From a bacterium (lineage in GTDB: Bacteria; UBA8248; JACPRG01; G963555815), in contig OZ244653.1 in assembly GCA_965218795.1 (NCBI GenBank), forward strand, positions 2,112,001 to 2,176,000: a DNA stretch of 64,000 bases, in the 5' to 3' direction. Below the pieces are notes generated by a model. It worked only from the letters and a program-made list of their open reading frames with translations. It was not told where the DNA came from and made no database searches. A program made the translations under genes and the position numbers. Positions 37,634 through 48,271 of this stretch are shown piece after piece; within the stretch, counting starts at the first letter, position 1, and the number at the start of each line of letters is the position of its first letter.

Positions 37634-39657
37634 CGCAAGCCTCCTGGAAAATCGGCGTGGACGTCGGCGGAACCTTTACCGACGTGGTCGCCCTGTCTCC
37701 GGATGGGGAGTCAACCGTTTTCAAGGTCCCCAGTGACCCCGAGCACCCCGCCGCGGCCCTCCTGCAAGTCCTGGAGAGAATCACGAACGGATCCGGCGGC
37801 AACCTTCAGGGTCTGGAGATCGTTCACGGCACAACCGTCGGGACCAACGCCCTCGAAGAACGGAAGGGGGCGCGGACGGCGCTGATCACGACCCGCGGAT
37901 TTCGAGACCTTCTCGAGATCGCCCGCCAATCGCGGGACGAGATTTACGAAGTGGACGTCCCCTCGCGACAGCCGCCCTTCGTGCCCCGTGAGCTCTGTTT
38001 TGAAGTCAGTGAGCGGCTGGATGTTTCCGGCGAGGTCATCACCCCCCTCCGGTCGGACGAGATTCCCGACCTGATCGACCGCCTGAAGGAGTCCCAGGTC
38101 CAATCCATCGCCATTTGTCTCCTCCATTCGTACGCCAACCCGGTCCATGAACGGGCCCTGGGAGAAGCTCTCCGCGCCGAGTTTCCCCACGTCAGCCTCT
38201 CGTGCGAAGTGAACGCGGAGTTTCGCGAGTACGAGCGCGCCCTGACGACCGTCTTGAACGCCTATCTGATGCCCGTGGTCGGGAGATTTCTTTCTCACCT
38301 GGATGACGACCTTCATGGACTGGATGCCCACCTGCACTTGGTGCAGTCCAACGGAGGAATGATGTCCGCCGCCGCCGTCCGTCAAAGGCCGCTGAACCTT
38401 GTCATGTCGGGGCCCGCGGCTGGAGTCTCCGCCGTCTGCTCGCTCAGTCGAAACCATGGGTTCGCCCGCGCCCTCGCTCTCGATATGGGGGGGACGACCA
38501 CGGACGTCTGTCTGATCGAGGATGGCCGGGGGGAGCTCATGGCCCAGCGGACGGTCGCGGGCCAGCCCTTCCGCCTCCGCTCCGTGGCCGTCGAAAGCAT
38601 TGGAGCCGGAGGCGGCTCGCTGGCGTGGACGGATGAGGTCGGCGCGCTGCACGTGGGCCCGCGAAGCGCCGGGGCGGACCCCGGCCCGGCCTGTTACGGA
38701 CTCGGCGGGATGGAACCGACCCTGACCGACGCCAACCTTCTGCTGGGCTATCTGAACCCGGAGGCCGTCCTGGGGGGAAGGATCCGGATCGATCGAAAAA
38801 AGGCCGAGGATGCCGTGGGCCGGCTGGGCGGGAAGGTGGGCATGACGATGGAGGAAACGGCGCGCGGCATTGCCGCCATCGCGGAGGCCAACGTTCTGGG
38901 GGCGCTGCGTCTGGTCTCCATCAAGCGTGGCCGGGACGTGCGCGCAGGTGCTCTGGTCGCTTACGGCGGCGTCGGGCCGGTTCACGCAGCCACTCTCGCC
39001 AAAGAACTCGATATGGAGTGCGTCGTCGTCCCTTCGAATTCATCGGTCTTCTCCGCGCTGGGATGCATGACCTCCGATCTTCTCTACGAAGCCGTAAGAA
39101 CGCATCACGTGATCCTGGACGACCTTTCACCCGACGATCTGAAGCCCGTCTGGAAAGACCTCTTCCAATCCACACGGGACCTGCTCATCCACGAAGGGCA
39201 CCCGAAGGAGGAAGTGCAAGTCCGGCTTTCCCTGGATCTGCGCTACAAGCGGCAGAACTACGAAATCGAAATCCCTCTCAGCGAGATGAACGGCTGGACC
39301 GTACAGGAAGTCCGCGGGGCGTTTGATCAGCGGCACCAGGCCCTCTATCACTACGTGACGGAGGAGCTCATCGAGTGCGTCAACATGCGCGTAGCGGCCG
39401 TCGTGCCGACCCGCATTCGGGCGGAAGCGGCCTCCGCTTCCACCAACGGGGCCCGGCGGGAACTCGGCCATCGCGCGGTGGAATTCGGCGGAGAGAAAGT
39501 TTCGACGCCCATCCTGAACCGGGCCGCCCTGGCGGTCGGAGAAACCATAGACGGTCCGGCGGTCGTGGAAGACGAATGGTCCGTCACGGTCCTTCCGCCC
39601 GGTCATACCCTGACGGTGCAGGATGAGGGCCATCTGATCCTGAAGGCGAAGCCGTGA
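37630..39657 (+). CDS. Hydantoinase A / oxoprolinase subunit (pair 2)
   Basis: GVDVGGTFTD, HGTTVGTN, SGPAAG, DMGGTT, SAGADPGPACY; ATGA overlap with the Mo subunit. Confidence 0.92.
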   Translation: MTQASWKIGVDVGGTFTDVVALSPDGESTVFKVPSDPEHPAAALLQVLERITNGSGGNLQGLEIVHGTTVGTNALEERKGARTALITTRGFRDLLEIARQSRDEIYEVDVPSRQPPFVPRELCFEVSERLDVSGEVITPLRSDEIPDLIDRLKESQVQSIAICLLHSYANPVHERALGEALRAEFPHVSLSCEVNAEFREYERALTTVLNAYLMPVVGRFLSHLDDDLHGLDAHLHLVQSNGGMMSAAAVRQRPLNLVMSGPAAGVSAVCSLSRNHGFARALALDMGGTTTDVCLIEDGRGELMAQRTVAGQPFRLRSVAVESIGAGGGSLAWTDEVGALHVGPRSAGADPGPACYGLGGMEPTLTDANLLLGYLNPEAVLGGRIRIDRKKAEDAVGRLGGKVGMTMEETARGIAAIAEANVLGALRLVSIKRGRDVRAGALVAYGGVGPVHAATLAKELDMECVVVPSNSSVFSALGCMTSDLLYEAVRTHHVILDDLSPDDLKPVWKDLFQSTRDLLIHEGHPKEEVQVRLSLDLRYKRQNYEIEIPLSEMNGWTVQEVRGAFDQRHQALYHYVTEELIECVNMRVAAVVPTRIRAEAASASTNGARRELGHRAVEFGGEKVSTPILNRAALAVGETIDGPAVVEDEWSVTVLPPGHTLTVQDEGHLILKAKP

Positions 39658-41261
39658 GCACAATCGATCCGATCACGCTGGAGCTTATCCGAAACGCAGT
39701 GCTGGCGACCTCGGAGGAGATGCGATTCATCGTGATGCGGTCCGCCCGGGCGCCGTTGCTCAAGGAAGCCGGCGACCTCTCCTGCGTCCTCACCGACGCG
39801 GGGGGCCGGGTCATCGCCCAGGGGAAGGACACGCCGGTCCATCTCGGCGTCATGGCGTTCACCGTCAAGGAATTCCTCAAGCGCGTTCCCCCCGAAAGGT
39901 TTCGGCACGGAGACGTCTACCTCACCAACTTGCCCGAGATCGGCGGAAACCACCTTCCGGACGTGAAGGCCATCCGGCCCGTTTTCTTCGGAGGGGAACT
40001 CGTGGCGTTTGCGGTGAGCCTCGCCCACTGGCCCGACACCGGCGGGGCCCTCCCGGGCAGCTACGTCCCGGACGCCACCGAAATTTATCAGGAAGGTCTG
40101 CGAATCCCGCCGGTCTTGATCTTCAAGAACGACCAGCCGGTTCGCGAGACGCTGGATTTCGTGTTGGAGAACGTTCGGGGCCGGGAGGAGCGGGAAGGCG
40201 ATATCCTCGGGCAGTACGCCAGCCAGACGGTGGCGGAGTCCCGCCTGCTGGAGCTCTTCGGTCAATGGGGGCGCGATGCGGTGCTTGCCGCCTTCGCCCG
40301 GATGCAGGACGAATCGGAAATCCGTATGCGCCGGGCCATTGAAGCCATTCCGGACGGCGACTACCCTTCGGAGAATTTCCTGGACCCGGTCGAGCCCGGG
40401 GGCGAACCCCTGCCGATCCGGCTGACGGTCCGCGTCCGTGGCGATCAAGCCGAATTCGACTTTACGGGGACCGCCCCGCCCGTCCCCGTCCCCATCAACA
40501 CAACCCCCTTCATCGCCGGGGCGTCGGTCTTCTACAGCATGCGCGTGCTCGTGGGATCCGGGATTCCGATGAACGACGGCTGCTGCCGGCCGTTGATCGT
40601 CCACGCGCCCGAAAATACGATCCTGAATCCCGGCCGCGAAGCGCCCCGCGTGGGGGGCAATCATGAAACGTCCCAGGTGATCGTAGACACGGTCTTTCAG
40701 GCGCTGGCGCCCGTTCTGCCCGACCGAATCACCGCCGGCGGACCGGCGACCTCGGGGCTGACATTGTTCAGCGGAAAAAAGGAAGACGGCTCCACGTTCA
40801 TCCTCTACGAGGTCCACGGCGGAGGGGCGGGCGCGGCATCCCACCGGGACGGCAGCAACGCCACCCGGGTCCACATGAGCAACGTGATGAATACGCCCAT
40901 TGAAGTGCTGGAGGCCGAATACCCCATGCGCGTGGAGCTCTATGCCCTGCGGGACGGCAGCGGGGGCGCCGGAAGCAAAAAAGGAGGGCTCGGCATCCGC
41001 CGCAGCTACCGAATGCTGGCCGGCGAGGCCCGTGTGACCACGATGATGGAGCGCCACGAGATCCGGCCCTGGGGCGCCTTCGGCGGAGAGCCGGGGGAAA
41101 CCTTTCGCGTCATCCTGAACCCGGGAGAACCCGGCGAGCGGCCGATTCGGGGGAAGGAGAGCCTGCCCCTCACCGCCGGCGACGTTGTTCTGGTGGAAAC
41201 CTCCGGGGGAGGAGGGTACGGTCCTCCCGAAGAGGGGGACGAGACACCCCCTTCCCCCTGA
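39654..41261 (+). CDS. Hydantoinase B / oxoprolinase subunit (pair 2)
   Basis: DPITLE, GGNHLPD, AHWPDTGG, QEGLRIPP, NTPIEVLE, SGGGGYG. Confidence 0.92.
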   Translation: MSTIDPITLELIRNAVLATSEEMRFIVMRSARAPLLKEAGDLSCVLTDAGGRVIAQGKDTPVHLGVMAFTVKEFLKRVPPERFRHGDVYLTNLPEIGGNHLPDVKAIRPVFFGGELVAFAVSLAHWPDTGGALPGSYVPDATEIYQEGLRIPPVLIFKNDQPVRETLDFVLENVRGREEREGDILGQYASQTVAESRLLELFGQWGRDAVLAAFARMQDESEIRMRRAIEAIPDGDYPSENFLDPVEPGGEPLPIRLTVRVRGDQAEFDFTGTAPPVPVPINTTPFIAGASVFYSMRVLVGSGIPMNDGCCRPLIVHAPENTILNPGREAPRVGGNHETSQVIVDTVFQALAPVLPDRITAGGPATSGLTLFSGKKEDGSTFILYEVHGGGAGAASHRDGSNATRVHMSNVMNTPIEVLEAEYPMRVELYALRDGSGGAGSKKGGLGIRRSYRMLAGEARVTTMMERHEIRPWGAFGGEPGETFRVILNPGEPGERPIRGKESLPLTAGDVVLVETSGGGGYGPPEEGDETPPSP

Positions 41262-41303
41262 CCGCTTCGAATGAAGACGGTCATTGTTCAGGAATGAGAA
41301 ACC

Positions 41304-42470
41304 ATGGAGAATTCATTTCAGTTTCGACTTCCCGACCTGCTCCTCTCGGGCCCCGGATCTTCACGGCGTTTCGGCCCGGAGCTCGTAAAGTCGGGTATCC
41401 GGAAGCCGTTGATTGTGACCGATCCGGGAATCGCTCAGAGCGGAATCCTGGAACGGGTGGTCGCCGGTCTCGTGGAAGCCGGTCTGACCGTGAGCGTCTT
41501 CGATGAGGTCACGGCCGATCCTCCCGTTCACGTGGTCATTGCCGCCGCCGAGGTCTTCCAACGCACGGGATCGGACGCGCTGATCGGCCTGGGGGGGGGG
41601 AGCTCCATCGATGCGGCCAAGGCGACCGCTGTGGTCGCCGCGAACGGGGGCGACCCCGTCGATTACAAGGCGCCCTTTGAAGATTTCCCCTCGCCTCCCC
41701 CCCCGCTGATTGCAGTACCCACCACCGCGGGCACGGGAAGCGAGGTGGGGTCGGCCGCGGTGATCACCGACCTGGAGAGGAAAGAAAAGTTCGTCATCAA
41801 GAGCTTGGCCCTGACGGCCCGTCTGGCTGTGCTGGATCCGGAGCTTCTGGCCGGCCTGCCGGTTCAGGTCGCCGCGCAGACATCTCTCGACGCCCTCAGT
41901 CATATCGTCGAATCGTTTGTCTCGCGCCGGAGGACGCCGCTCACCGAGTCGATTGCGCTGGAGGCGGCACGGCGCTGGGGAGCGAACCTCCGCGCTTACC
42001 TGGACGACCGGTCAGACTCCGAGGCGGCTAACCACATGATTCACGCGAGCTGCATGGCCGGCATGGCCATGTCGAACGCCGGCCTGGGTCTGGTTCACGC
42101 CCTGGCCCACCCGTTCGGCGCGATGACCCACATCCCGCACGGCGCCGTGTGCGCCATGTTCATGCCGCCCGTGATTCGGTACAACGAAACCGAGGTCGCG
42201 GACCGATATGTCCGGCTGGCGGAGATCCTTGCGCCCGCCCTCTGGCCGGATGGAGACGCGCCGGAGCCTCTCACCCCGGCGGACCTGGCCGAGGGGATCG
42301 CGACCCTGGCGGACCGGGTGGGAATTCCGCGGAGGCTTTCGGAGATCGAGCGCTCGGCCGTTTTGCCCGAGAGGACGCTCGAATCCATCCTGCGCGCCAT
42401 CCAATGTCAGACCAACCCCCGGCCGGTGGACCGGGAAATCGTCCGACAAATCTGGCAGGGGATGCAGTAA
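41304..42470 (+). CDS. Iron-containing alcohol dehydrogenase
   Basis: GGGSSIDAAK, PTTAGTGSE, DALSH, GLVHALAH, IPHG metal ligands. Confidence 0.92.
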   Translation: MENSFQFRLPDLLLSGPGSSRRFGPELVKSGIRKPLIVTDPGIAQSGILERVVAGLVEAGLTVSVFDEVTADPPVHVVIAAAEVFQRTGSDALIGLGGGSSIDAAKATAVVAANGGDPVDYKAPFEDFPSPPPPLIAVPTTAGTGSEVGSAAVITDLERKEKFVIKSLALTARLAVLDPELLAGLPVQVAAQTSLDALSHIVESFVSRRRTPLTESIALEAARRWGANLRAYLDDRSDSEAANHMIHASCMAGMAMSNAGLGLVHALAHPFGAMTHIPHGAVCAMFMPPVIRYNETEVADRYVRLAEILAPALWPDGDAPEPLTPADLAEGIATLADRVGIPRRLSEIERSAVLPERTLESILRAIQCQTNPRPVDREIVRQIWQGMQ

Positions 42471-42666
42471 CATCCCGCTGCGCCCCCTCAAGCCACGGAA
42501 GGGACGCAGGATGTTCCGCCCTTCCCCGCCATGGATGTCGGCGGGCAAGAAAATCCCCGGTTGGCGAGAGAGGCAGACTCGAGGATTTCGAGATGGGACG
42601 CGTCCCCGTTCTCGAACCCAAGACGTTCTTCTCCTGTCAACCATTCATCGAAATGAGGATTCCACG

Positions 42667-43419
42667 ATGAGCCTCACAGGAAAAACCGCCGTCATTACAG
42701 GCGCCGCAAGCGGTATCGGCAAGGCGGCCGCCATCCGGTTCGCAAAGGAGCACGCCAACCTGACCCTCGTCGACATCGACGAGAAACATCTGACCGCGGT
42801 AGAGTCAGAATGCCGAGGCCACGGAGTCGAAGTCCTTCCCATCGTGAACGACGCATCGAAACCTTCGGCGATGGATGAATTTGTCCGGGAAACGGCCGAC
42901 CGGCTCGGCGGTATCGATATCCTCTTGAACAACTGCGTCTACCGGGTCACCAAGCCCTTTCTCGAGGTCCAGCCGGAGGAGATCCTCCGCAGCCTGGAGG
43001 TCAACGTCGCCGGGTATTACATCCTCACCCAGAAGGTCGTCCCCTACATGGAGGAGCGAGGCAGCGGATCGGTGATCCATATTTCCTCCCAGCTGGGTTT
43101 TGTGGGGACGGAGAAGCTTTCGGCCTACTGCACCTGCAAAGGGGCCGTGGTGAACATGACACGAACCCTGGCGCTGGAGCTTGCCGGGAAAAACATCCGT
43201 GTCAACGCGGTGGCACCGGGCCCCACCGACACGGAGGGGCTGTCCCACGTCTACCACGGCAATCCCACGATGCTTGAATCCCGCTTGGCCGATGTTCCGA
43301 TGCGGAGGCTGGGCCGGCCGGAGGAAATCGCCGAAGCCTGTCTCTTTCTCGCGGGCGAAGCCTCAAGCTACGTCACCGGCCACAACCTTGTCGCGGATGG
43401 AGGGTTTTTGACGCACTGA
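42667..43419 (+). CDS. Short-chain dehydrogenase/reductase
   Basis: MSLTGKTAVITGAASGIG, YCTCK, RVNAVAPG; ATG at 42667 after GAGGA. Confidence 0.9.
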   Translation: MSLTGKTAVITGAASGIGKAAAIRFAKEHANLTLVDIDEKHLTAVESECRGHGVEVLPIVNDASKPSAMDEFVRETADRLGGIDILLNNCVYRVTKPFLEVQPEEILRSLEVNVAGYYILTQKVVPYMEERGSGSVIHISSQLGFVGTEKLSAYCTCKGAVVNMTRTLALELAGKNIRVNAVAPGPTDTEGLSHVYHGNPTMLESRLADVPMRRLGRPEEIAEACLFLAGEASSYVTGHNLVADGGFLTH

Positions 43420-43483
43420 CGCATTTCTCCGGATCCGGGACCGCTTGTCCATCCAATGCCGTCCGGGACTGCGAACGGGTCAA

Positions 43484-43513
43484 TTGACTTCCCCGGCGGC
43501 GAAATGTGAGAAT
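43484..43513 (+). promoter_or_regulatory. Candidate sigma70 promoter for hydantoinase pair 3
   Basis: TTGACT-N18-GAGAAT with an extended TG. Confidence 0.35.
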
Positions 43514-43675
43514 GTCCTGTTTTCCCGAGCTGGAGGAGAGAGTGATCGTTCCTTTGCGGTTGGGAAAACCAATGGAGTCCGGTGTGACTCGCAACAACCC
43601 CAAAAAGCATGGAGCCTCCTTGCCTTCTATTTGAAAGCTCGGAGAGAAATCGGTTTGAAACCTCAGGGGAGCACT

Positions 43676-45733
43676 ATGGCCCGCTACAGCGTCGGAATCG
43701 ATATCGGCGGCACCTTCACGGACCTCGTATGTCTGAACGAAACCACCGGCCATGTCACCAATCACAAGGTTCCTTCCACACCCCCCACTTTCATCGAGGG
43801 TGTCATGGAGGTTCTGTCGCTGGCCGTCTCCAATCCCAAAGAAATGACGACCTTCCGTCACGGATCCACAATCGCTACGAACGCCATTATCGAGCGAAAA
43901 GGGGCCAATACGGGTCTGGTCACAACGGATGGGTTCCGGGACGTGTTGGAGGGCGCCCGGGGCGAAAGGCCCGACGTGTTCGACCTGAACTGGGATCCCG
44001 CCCCGCCGCTGGTCCCCCGCTACAACCGTCAGACCGTACCAGAGCGGATCGGCTTCGAGGGGGATGTGATGACCCCTCTCAAGGAATCTGAACTCAAAAG
44101 GATCGCCCGCATCTTCCGAAAGCGCGGTATCGAAAGCGTCGCCGTTTGCTTTATCAACGCTTTCATGAACCCAAAGCACGAGCAACGGGCAAAGGAAATG
44201 CTCTCCGGACTCCTGCCGGACGCCTATATCTGCACATCCTCCGAGGTGTTCCCGGAAATCCGGGAGTTTGAGCGAACGAGCACGACCACCGTCAACGCCT
44301 ATCTGGGCCCCATCCTCGACCGGTATCTGACCGATCTGGAAACGAGGACCAAAGCGTGGGGGTTCGGGGGCGACGTCCTGATCATCCATTCGGGCGGCGG
44401 GGTGATGAGCACCAAGCTGGCCCGGACGATTCCCTCCCGCACCTGTCTTTCCGGCCCGTCCAGCGGCGTGGTCGGCGGCGCCTACATCGGAGCCCTCGCC
44501 GGACACGAAAATCTCATCACATTCGATATGGGCGGGACCAGCGCGGACCTTTCCCTCGTGTGGAAGGGCGAGCCGCTCGTTCAGTCGGGCTTCAAGGTCG
44601 AGTTCACCATACCCATCCGCTTTCCGTGCGTGGACATCACCACCATCGGAACGGGAGGCGGCAGTATCGCCTGGATCGACGAAGGGGGGTCGCTCAAGAA
44701 CGGGCCGCAGAGCGCAGGGGCCTATCCCGGTCCCGCCTGCTACGGCCGGGGCGGCGAACAGCCCACGAACACCGACGCCCAGGTTGTCCTCGGGGTCATC
44801 GATCCGGACCGGTTCCTGGGCGGCGCGATGAGCCTGGACGCGGACAAGGCACGCGGGGCCATCGAGCGTCACATCGCGCGCCCGATGGGGATGTCGGCTG
44901 AAAAGGCGGCCGACGGCATCCTGCAACTCGCCGACGCCAACATGATCAACGCCGTCAAGCTGATCAGCGTTGTCCGGGGATACGATCCCCGCGACTTCGC
45001 ATTCGTCGCCTTCGGCGGCGCAGGCCCGATGCATGCGGTGACGATGGCGGCCGAGCTCAAAATCCCCAAGGTCATCGTCCCTCGATTCCCGGGCGTCACG
45101 TCGGCCTTCGGGGCCCTCCGGGTTGACATCCGACACGATTTCATTCAGCCCATTTTGAAGAAGACCGACGACTTGACCCACGAGGAGCTGGCCCGGACCT
45201 ACCGGGATCTGGAGAAGGAAGCGAGGCAGACGCTCAAAGGCGAGAACATCCCCCTGGAGCGCGTGGAGCTGCACCGTCTGGCCGACGTGAAATACTTCCC
45301 GCAATCGAAATACATGCCGATCCCCGTCCCTCCGGGACGGATCACCCAAAAGACGCTCGACGATATCGTGAACAACTTCAATGAACAGTACCTGCGGGAG
45401 TTCGGATATACGATCCCGGAGGAATTTGCGCAGATCGAAATCAGCAACGCGCGTCTGGCGGCCGTTGGCGTGGTCCCAAAGGGGACCCTGCGGCGGTCCA
45501 AAAAGGAGGGAAGCGCGAGGGCAGCGTTGAGGGGAACCCGAAAAGTCTACTTCCGGGAGTCCGGGGAATTCATCAAGACCAATATTTATGACAGAGACGG
45601 CTTCGGCGTGGGGAACCGGGTGAAGGGCCCGGCCATTATTGAGCAGCCGGACTCAACAACCGTGCTGCCACCCGGGTCCAGCGCGACCGTGGACGCCAAT
45701 CTCAATTTGATCGTTTCGCCCGGCAAATCATGA
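43676..45733 (+). CDS. Hydantoinase A / oxoprolinase subunit (pair 3)
   Basis: MARYSVGIDIGGTFTD, HGSTIATN, SGPSSG, DMGGTS, SAGAYPGPACY, AFGGAGPMH. Confidence 0.92.
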   Translation: MARYSVGIDIGGTFTDLVCLNETTGHVTNHKVPSTPPTFIEGVMEVLSLAVSNPKEMTTFRHGSTIATNAIIERKGANTGLVTTDGFRDVLEGARGERPDVFDLNWDPAPPLVPRYNRQTVPERIGFEGDVMTPLKESELKRIARIFRKRGIESVAVCFINAFMNPKHEQRAKEMLSGLLPDAYICTSSEVFPEIREFERTSTTTVNAYLGPILDRYLTDLETRTKAWGFGGDVLIIHSGGGVMSTKLARTIPSRTCLSGPSSGVVGGAYIGALAGHENLITFDMGGTSADLSLVWKGEPLVQSGFKVEFTIPIRFPCVDITTIGTGGGSIAWIDEGGSLKNGPQSAGAYPGPACYGRGGEQPTNTDAQVVLGVIDPDRFLGGAMSLDADKARGAIERHIARPMGMSAEKAADGILQLADANMINAVKLISVVRGYDPRDFAFVAFGGAGPMHAVTMAAELKIPKVIVPRFPGVTSAFGALRVDIRHDFIQPILKKTDDLTHEELARTYRDLEKEARQTLKGENIPLERVELHRLADVKYFPQSKYMPIPVPPGRITQKTLDDIVNNFNEQYLREFGYTIPEEFAQIEISNARLAAVGVVPKGTLRRSKKEGSARAALRGTRKVYFRESGEFIKTNIYDRDGFGVGNRVKGPAIIEQPDSTTVLPPGSSATVDANLNLIVSPGKS

Positions 45734-45813
45734 GGAATTGCATGGAGTCTTCATGGACCGGCTGCGAATACAGGAATTCGCTCGGCCGTAATCATCGATA
45801 GGAGCCCACGGGC

Positions 45814-47694
45814 ATGACCAAAGCGAAAAAGAAGAAATCCCTGACGAGCATGGACCCGATCACCTTCGAGGTCCTCCGAAGCGCTTTTCGCGACCTCTGC
45901 ACCCAGGGCAGCGCAATGATCGAGCGCATTGCCTACGCTCCGGCCATTACAGAGGGCCGAGACTTCTCGGTCTCTCTGCTGACGGCGGACGGACGGCTCG
46001 TCGCGCACGGGACCCGCGATCACACGCCCCATTTCGGGACGTTCGAGGGCACGGTTCAAAGCGTGGTCGAGGACGTGGAGGACGATTTCCGGCCAGGGGA
46101 CGTGTACATGTTCAATAACCCCTACCGGGGCGGAACGCATACGCAGGACGTTCGGCTCGTCCGGCCGGTTTTTCACAAAGGCAAGCACCTCGCATTCACC
46201 ATCGCCAATTGCCATTGGACCGACGTGGGAGGACCGGTCCCCGGAACCTTCAACCCCAACGCGCGCGAGTATTACGCCGAAGGGCTCATGGTCCCGACCA
46301 CAAAGCTATACGACCAGGGAAAGCCGGTGAAGTCGAGCTTTGACCTGCTCCGATGGAACGTGCGGGTTCCCCACGACCGGATGGGCGACCTGGCGGCCCA
46401 GGCGCGGGCGGTCGAGGTCATGGAGATACGGATTCAGGAGTACGCGGAAAAATACGGTCCGAAGACCATCCTCCGGGCATTCGAGGAATCGATGGATTAC
46501 TCGGAGCGGCTGTTCCGTCAAGAAGTGGCCCGCCTGCCGAACGGGACGTATCAATTTACAGATTATTGCGATATGGATGAAGGCCACCCCGATCACCCGA
46601 GGGTCAAGGTCCACTGCATTCTGACCATCAAGGACGACCAGGTGACGCTCGATTTCACCGAGAGCGATCCGGCCCCCAAGGGTCCCACGGGCCTGACGTA
46701 CCCCGGCCTCACCTCGGCGGCGTTCGACGGTACCCTTCACTGCTTCCCCCACCTGACCCCGCTGAACAACGGTATCATCCGGTCGGTCGATGTAAAGACG
46801 AAACCCGGCACGACGGTCCACATCCTGCCCCCCACGCCGATGGCCGGCTACTGCGCGGGGACGTATGAGAAGGTGGATGCGGCGGTCATGGCCTGCTGGG
46901 CGCAACCCCTCGCTCAAGTGGACCCCACCCAGATTCATGCGGGCACCGTCAACCTGGAAAACTGCGTCTGTGGAGGAGCGCACCCGAAGACCGGAAACCT
47001 TTTCGTTTCCTACAACTGGATGGAAGGGGGACAAGGGGCGCGCGTGGACCGGGACGGCCCGAGCTTCATGATGATGATGTTCGCGGGCGGGGCGTGCAAT
47101 CAGCCGGTCGAAGTCCTGGAACGCTGGTTCCCCTACACATATCTCAAGGCGGAACTCCTCCCCGACTCCTGCGGACACGGAAAGTTCCGCGGGGGATTCG
47201 GCTTTCAGCGGCATTACCGGCTGTGGGGGGACGGGCTCATCACGATTCACGGCGACCGCGAGGAAGTGACGCCCTACGGCCTGGCCGGCGGTATGAACGG
47301 CGGCTCCAATTCCCTCTCGCTCAATGAGGGAACGAAGCGCCACCGACATCTGGGAATGCACGCCACCGGCGTCAACGTGGGGCCGGGCGATGTGGTCAAC
47401 TTCCGAAGCAACGGAGGCGGGGGCTATGGCGACCCGAGGGAACGAGCCCCGAAACTCGTCCTTCAGGACGTGATGAACGAGATGATCTCCGAGGAAGTCG
47501 CCCGAAAAATCTACGGCGTCGTCATCAAGGTGGGGGATCCGGAGGCGCTGGAGTTTGAAGTCGACTGGAAGGCGACCCGAGCGCTTCGAAAAAGACTGGG
47601 CAAGAAAAAATTCCCGGTGGGCTACGGCCCGGAGGAGGTCCACCCCTCTGGACGGAAGCTGAAGGTCAAGGCGAGGAAATTACATTCCGGCTAG
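45814..47694 (+). CDS. Hydantoinase B / oxoprolinase subunit (pair 3)
   Basis: DPITFEV, NNPYRGGTHTQD, CHWTDVGG, DSCGHGKFRGG, GGGGYGDP. Confidence 0.92.
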   Translation: MTKAKKKKSLTSMDPITFEVLRSAFRDLCTQGSAMIERIAYAPAITEGRDFSVSLLTADGRLVAHGTRDHTPHFGTFEGTVQSVVEDVEDDFRPGDVYMFNNPYRGGTHTQDVRLVRPVFHKGKHLAFTIANCHWTDVGGPVPGTFNPNAREYYAEGLMVPTTKLYDQGKPVKSSFDLLRWNVRVPHDRMGDLAAQARAVEVMEIRIQEYAEKYGPKTILRAFEESMDYSERLFRQEVARLPNGTYQFTDYCDMDEGHPDHPRVKVHCILTIKDDQVTLDFTESDPAPKGPTGLTYPGLTSAAFDGTLHCFPHLTPLNNGIIRSVDVKTKPGTTVHILPPTPMAGYCAGTYEKVDAAVMACWAQPLAQVDPTQIHAGTVNLENCVCGGAHPKTGNLFVSYNWMEGGQGARVDRDGPSFMMMMFAGGACNQPVEVLERWFPYTYLKAELLPDSCGHGKFRGGFGFQRHYRLWGDGLITIHGDREEVTPYGLAGGMNGGSNSLSLNEGTKRHRHLGMHATGVNVGPGDVVNFRSNGGGGYGDPRERAPKLVLQDVMNEMISEEVARKIYGVVIKVGDPEALEFEVDWKATRALRKRLGKKKFPVGYGPEEVHPSGRKLKVKARKLHSG

Positions 47695-47724
47695 AGAGCG
47701 GAGCGCAACGGAGTCGTCAAGAAG

Positions 47725-47759
47725 AAAAACCCGCCGGGCTGAATCCGGCGGGTTTTTTT
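47725..47759. terminator. Bidirectional intrinsic terminator between convergent operons
   Basis: AAAAACCCGCCGG-N7-CCGGCGGGTTTTTTT. Confidence 0.8.
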
Positions 47760-47785
47760 GGAAAAAAGGATTTTCTTCCTGGCCC

Positions 47786-48271
47786 TCAACTCGATCGCAA
47801 ACTCTCCGCGGCGACCTGCACGGATTTGATGATATTCACATAACCCGTGCATCGGCAGAGGTTTCCGACCAGAGCGTCCCGGATCTCCTCTTCCGAGGGG
47901 TCCGGATTCCGATCCAAAAGGGCCTTGGCCGTCAACAACATCCCCGGGGTGCAGAATCCGCACTGCATCCCGGTGTTTTCCAGAAACGCCTGTTGAATGG
48001 GGTGAAGGTTTCTGCCCTCCGCCAACCCCTCGACGGTCAGGATCTCCGCGCCGTCAGCGAGAAAGGCGAACCGCAGACAAGGCTTCATCGGCAAACCGTC
48101 GCAGAGAATCGTGCACGTACCGCAGACGCCGCTCTCGCAGCCCTGCTTGGTTCCCGTCAGCTGAAGCCGCCGTCGAATGACTTCCACCAGGAGATCCGAC
48201 GACCGGACGGTCTCCTCCACCGGCTCGTTGTTGACGGTCAGTCGGATCGTGTGATGCGTCTCGCCCTTCAC
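47786..48271 (-). CDS. 2Fe-2S small subunit of a Mo hydroxylase (CoxS/CutS-like)
   Basis: GTKQGCESGVCGTCT...C and QCGFCTPG...NLCRCTGY. Confidence 0.95.
   Translation of the reverse strand: MKGETHHTIRLTVNNEPVEETVRSSDLLVEVIRRRLQLTGTKQGCESGVCGTCTILCDGLPMKPCLRFAFLADGAEILTVEGLAEGRNLHPIQQAFLENTGMQCGFCTPGMLLTAKALLDRNPDPSEEEIRDALVGNLCRCTGYVNIIKSVQVAAESLRSS

Noticed and set aside
13812-47694. Acetone or acetophenone carboxylase
   Set aside because: No small gamma subunit gene lies beside any A/B pair. The family-level call is kept, and carboxylase activity is not strictly excluded.
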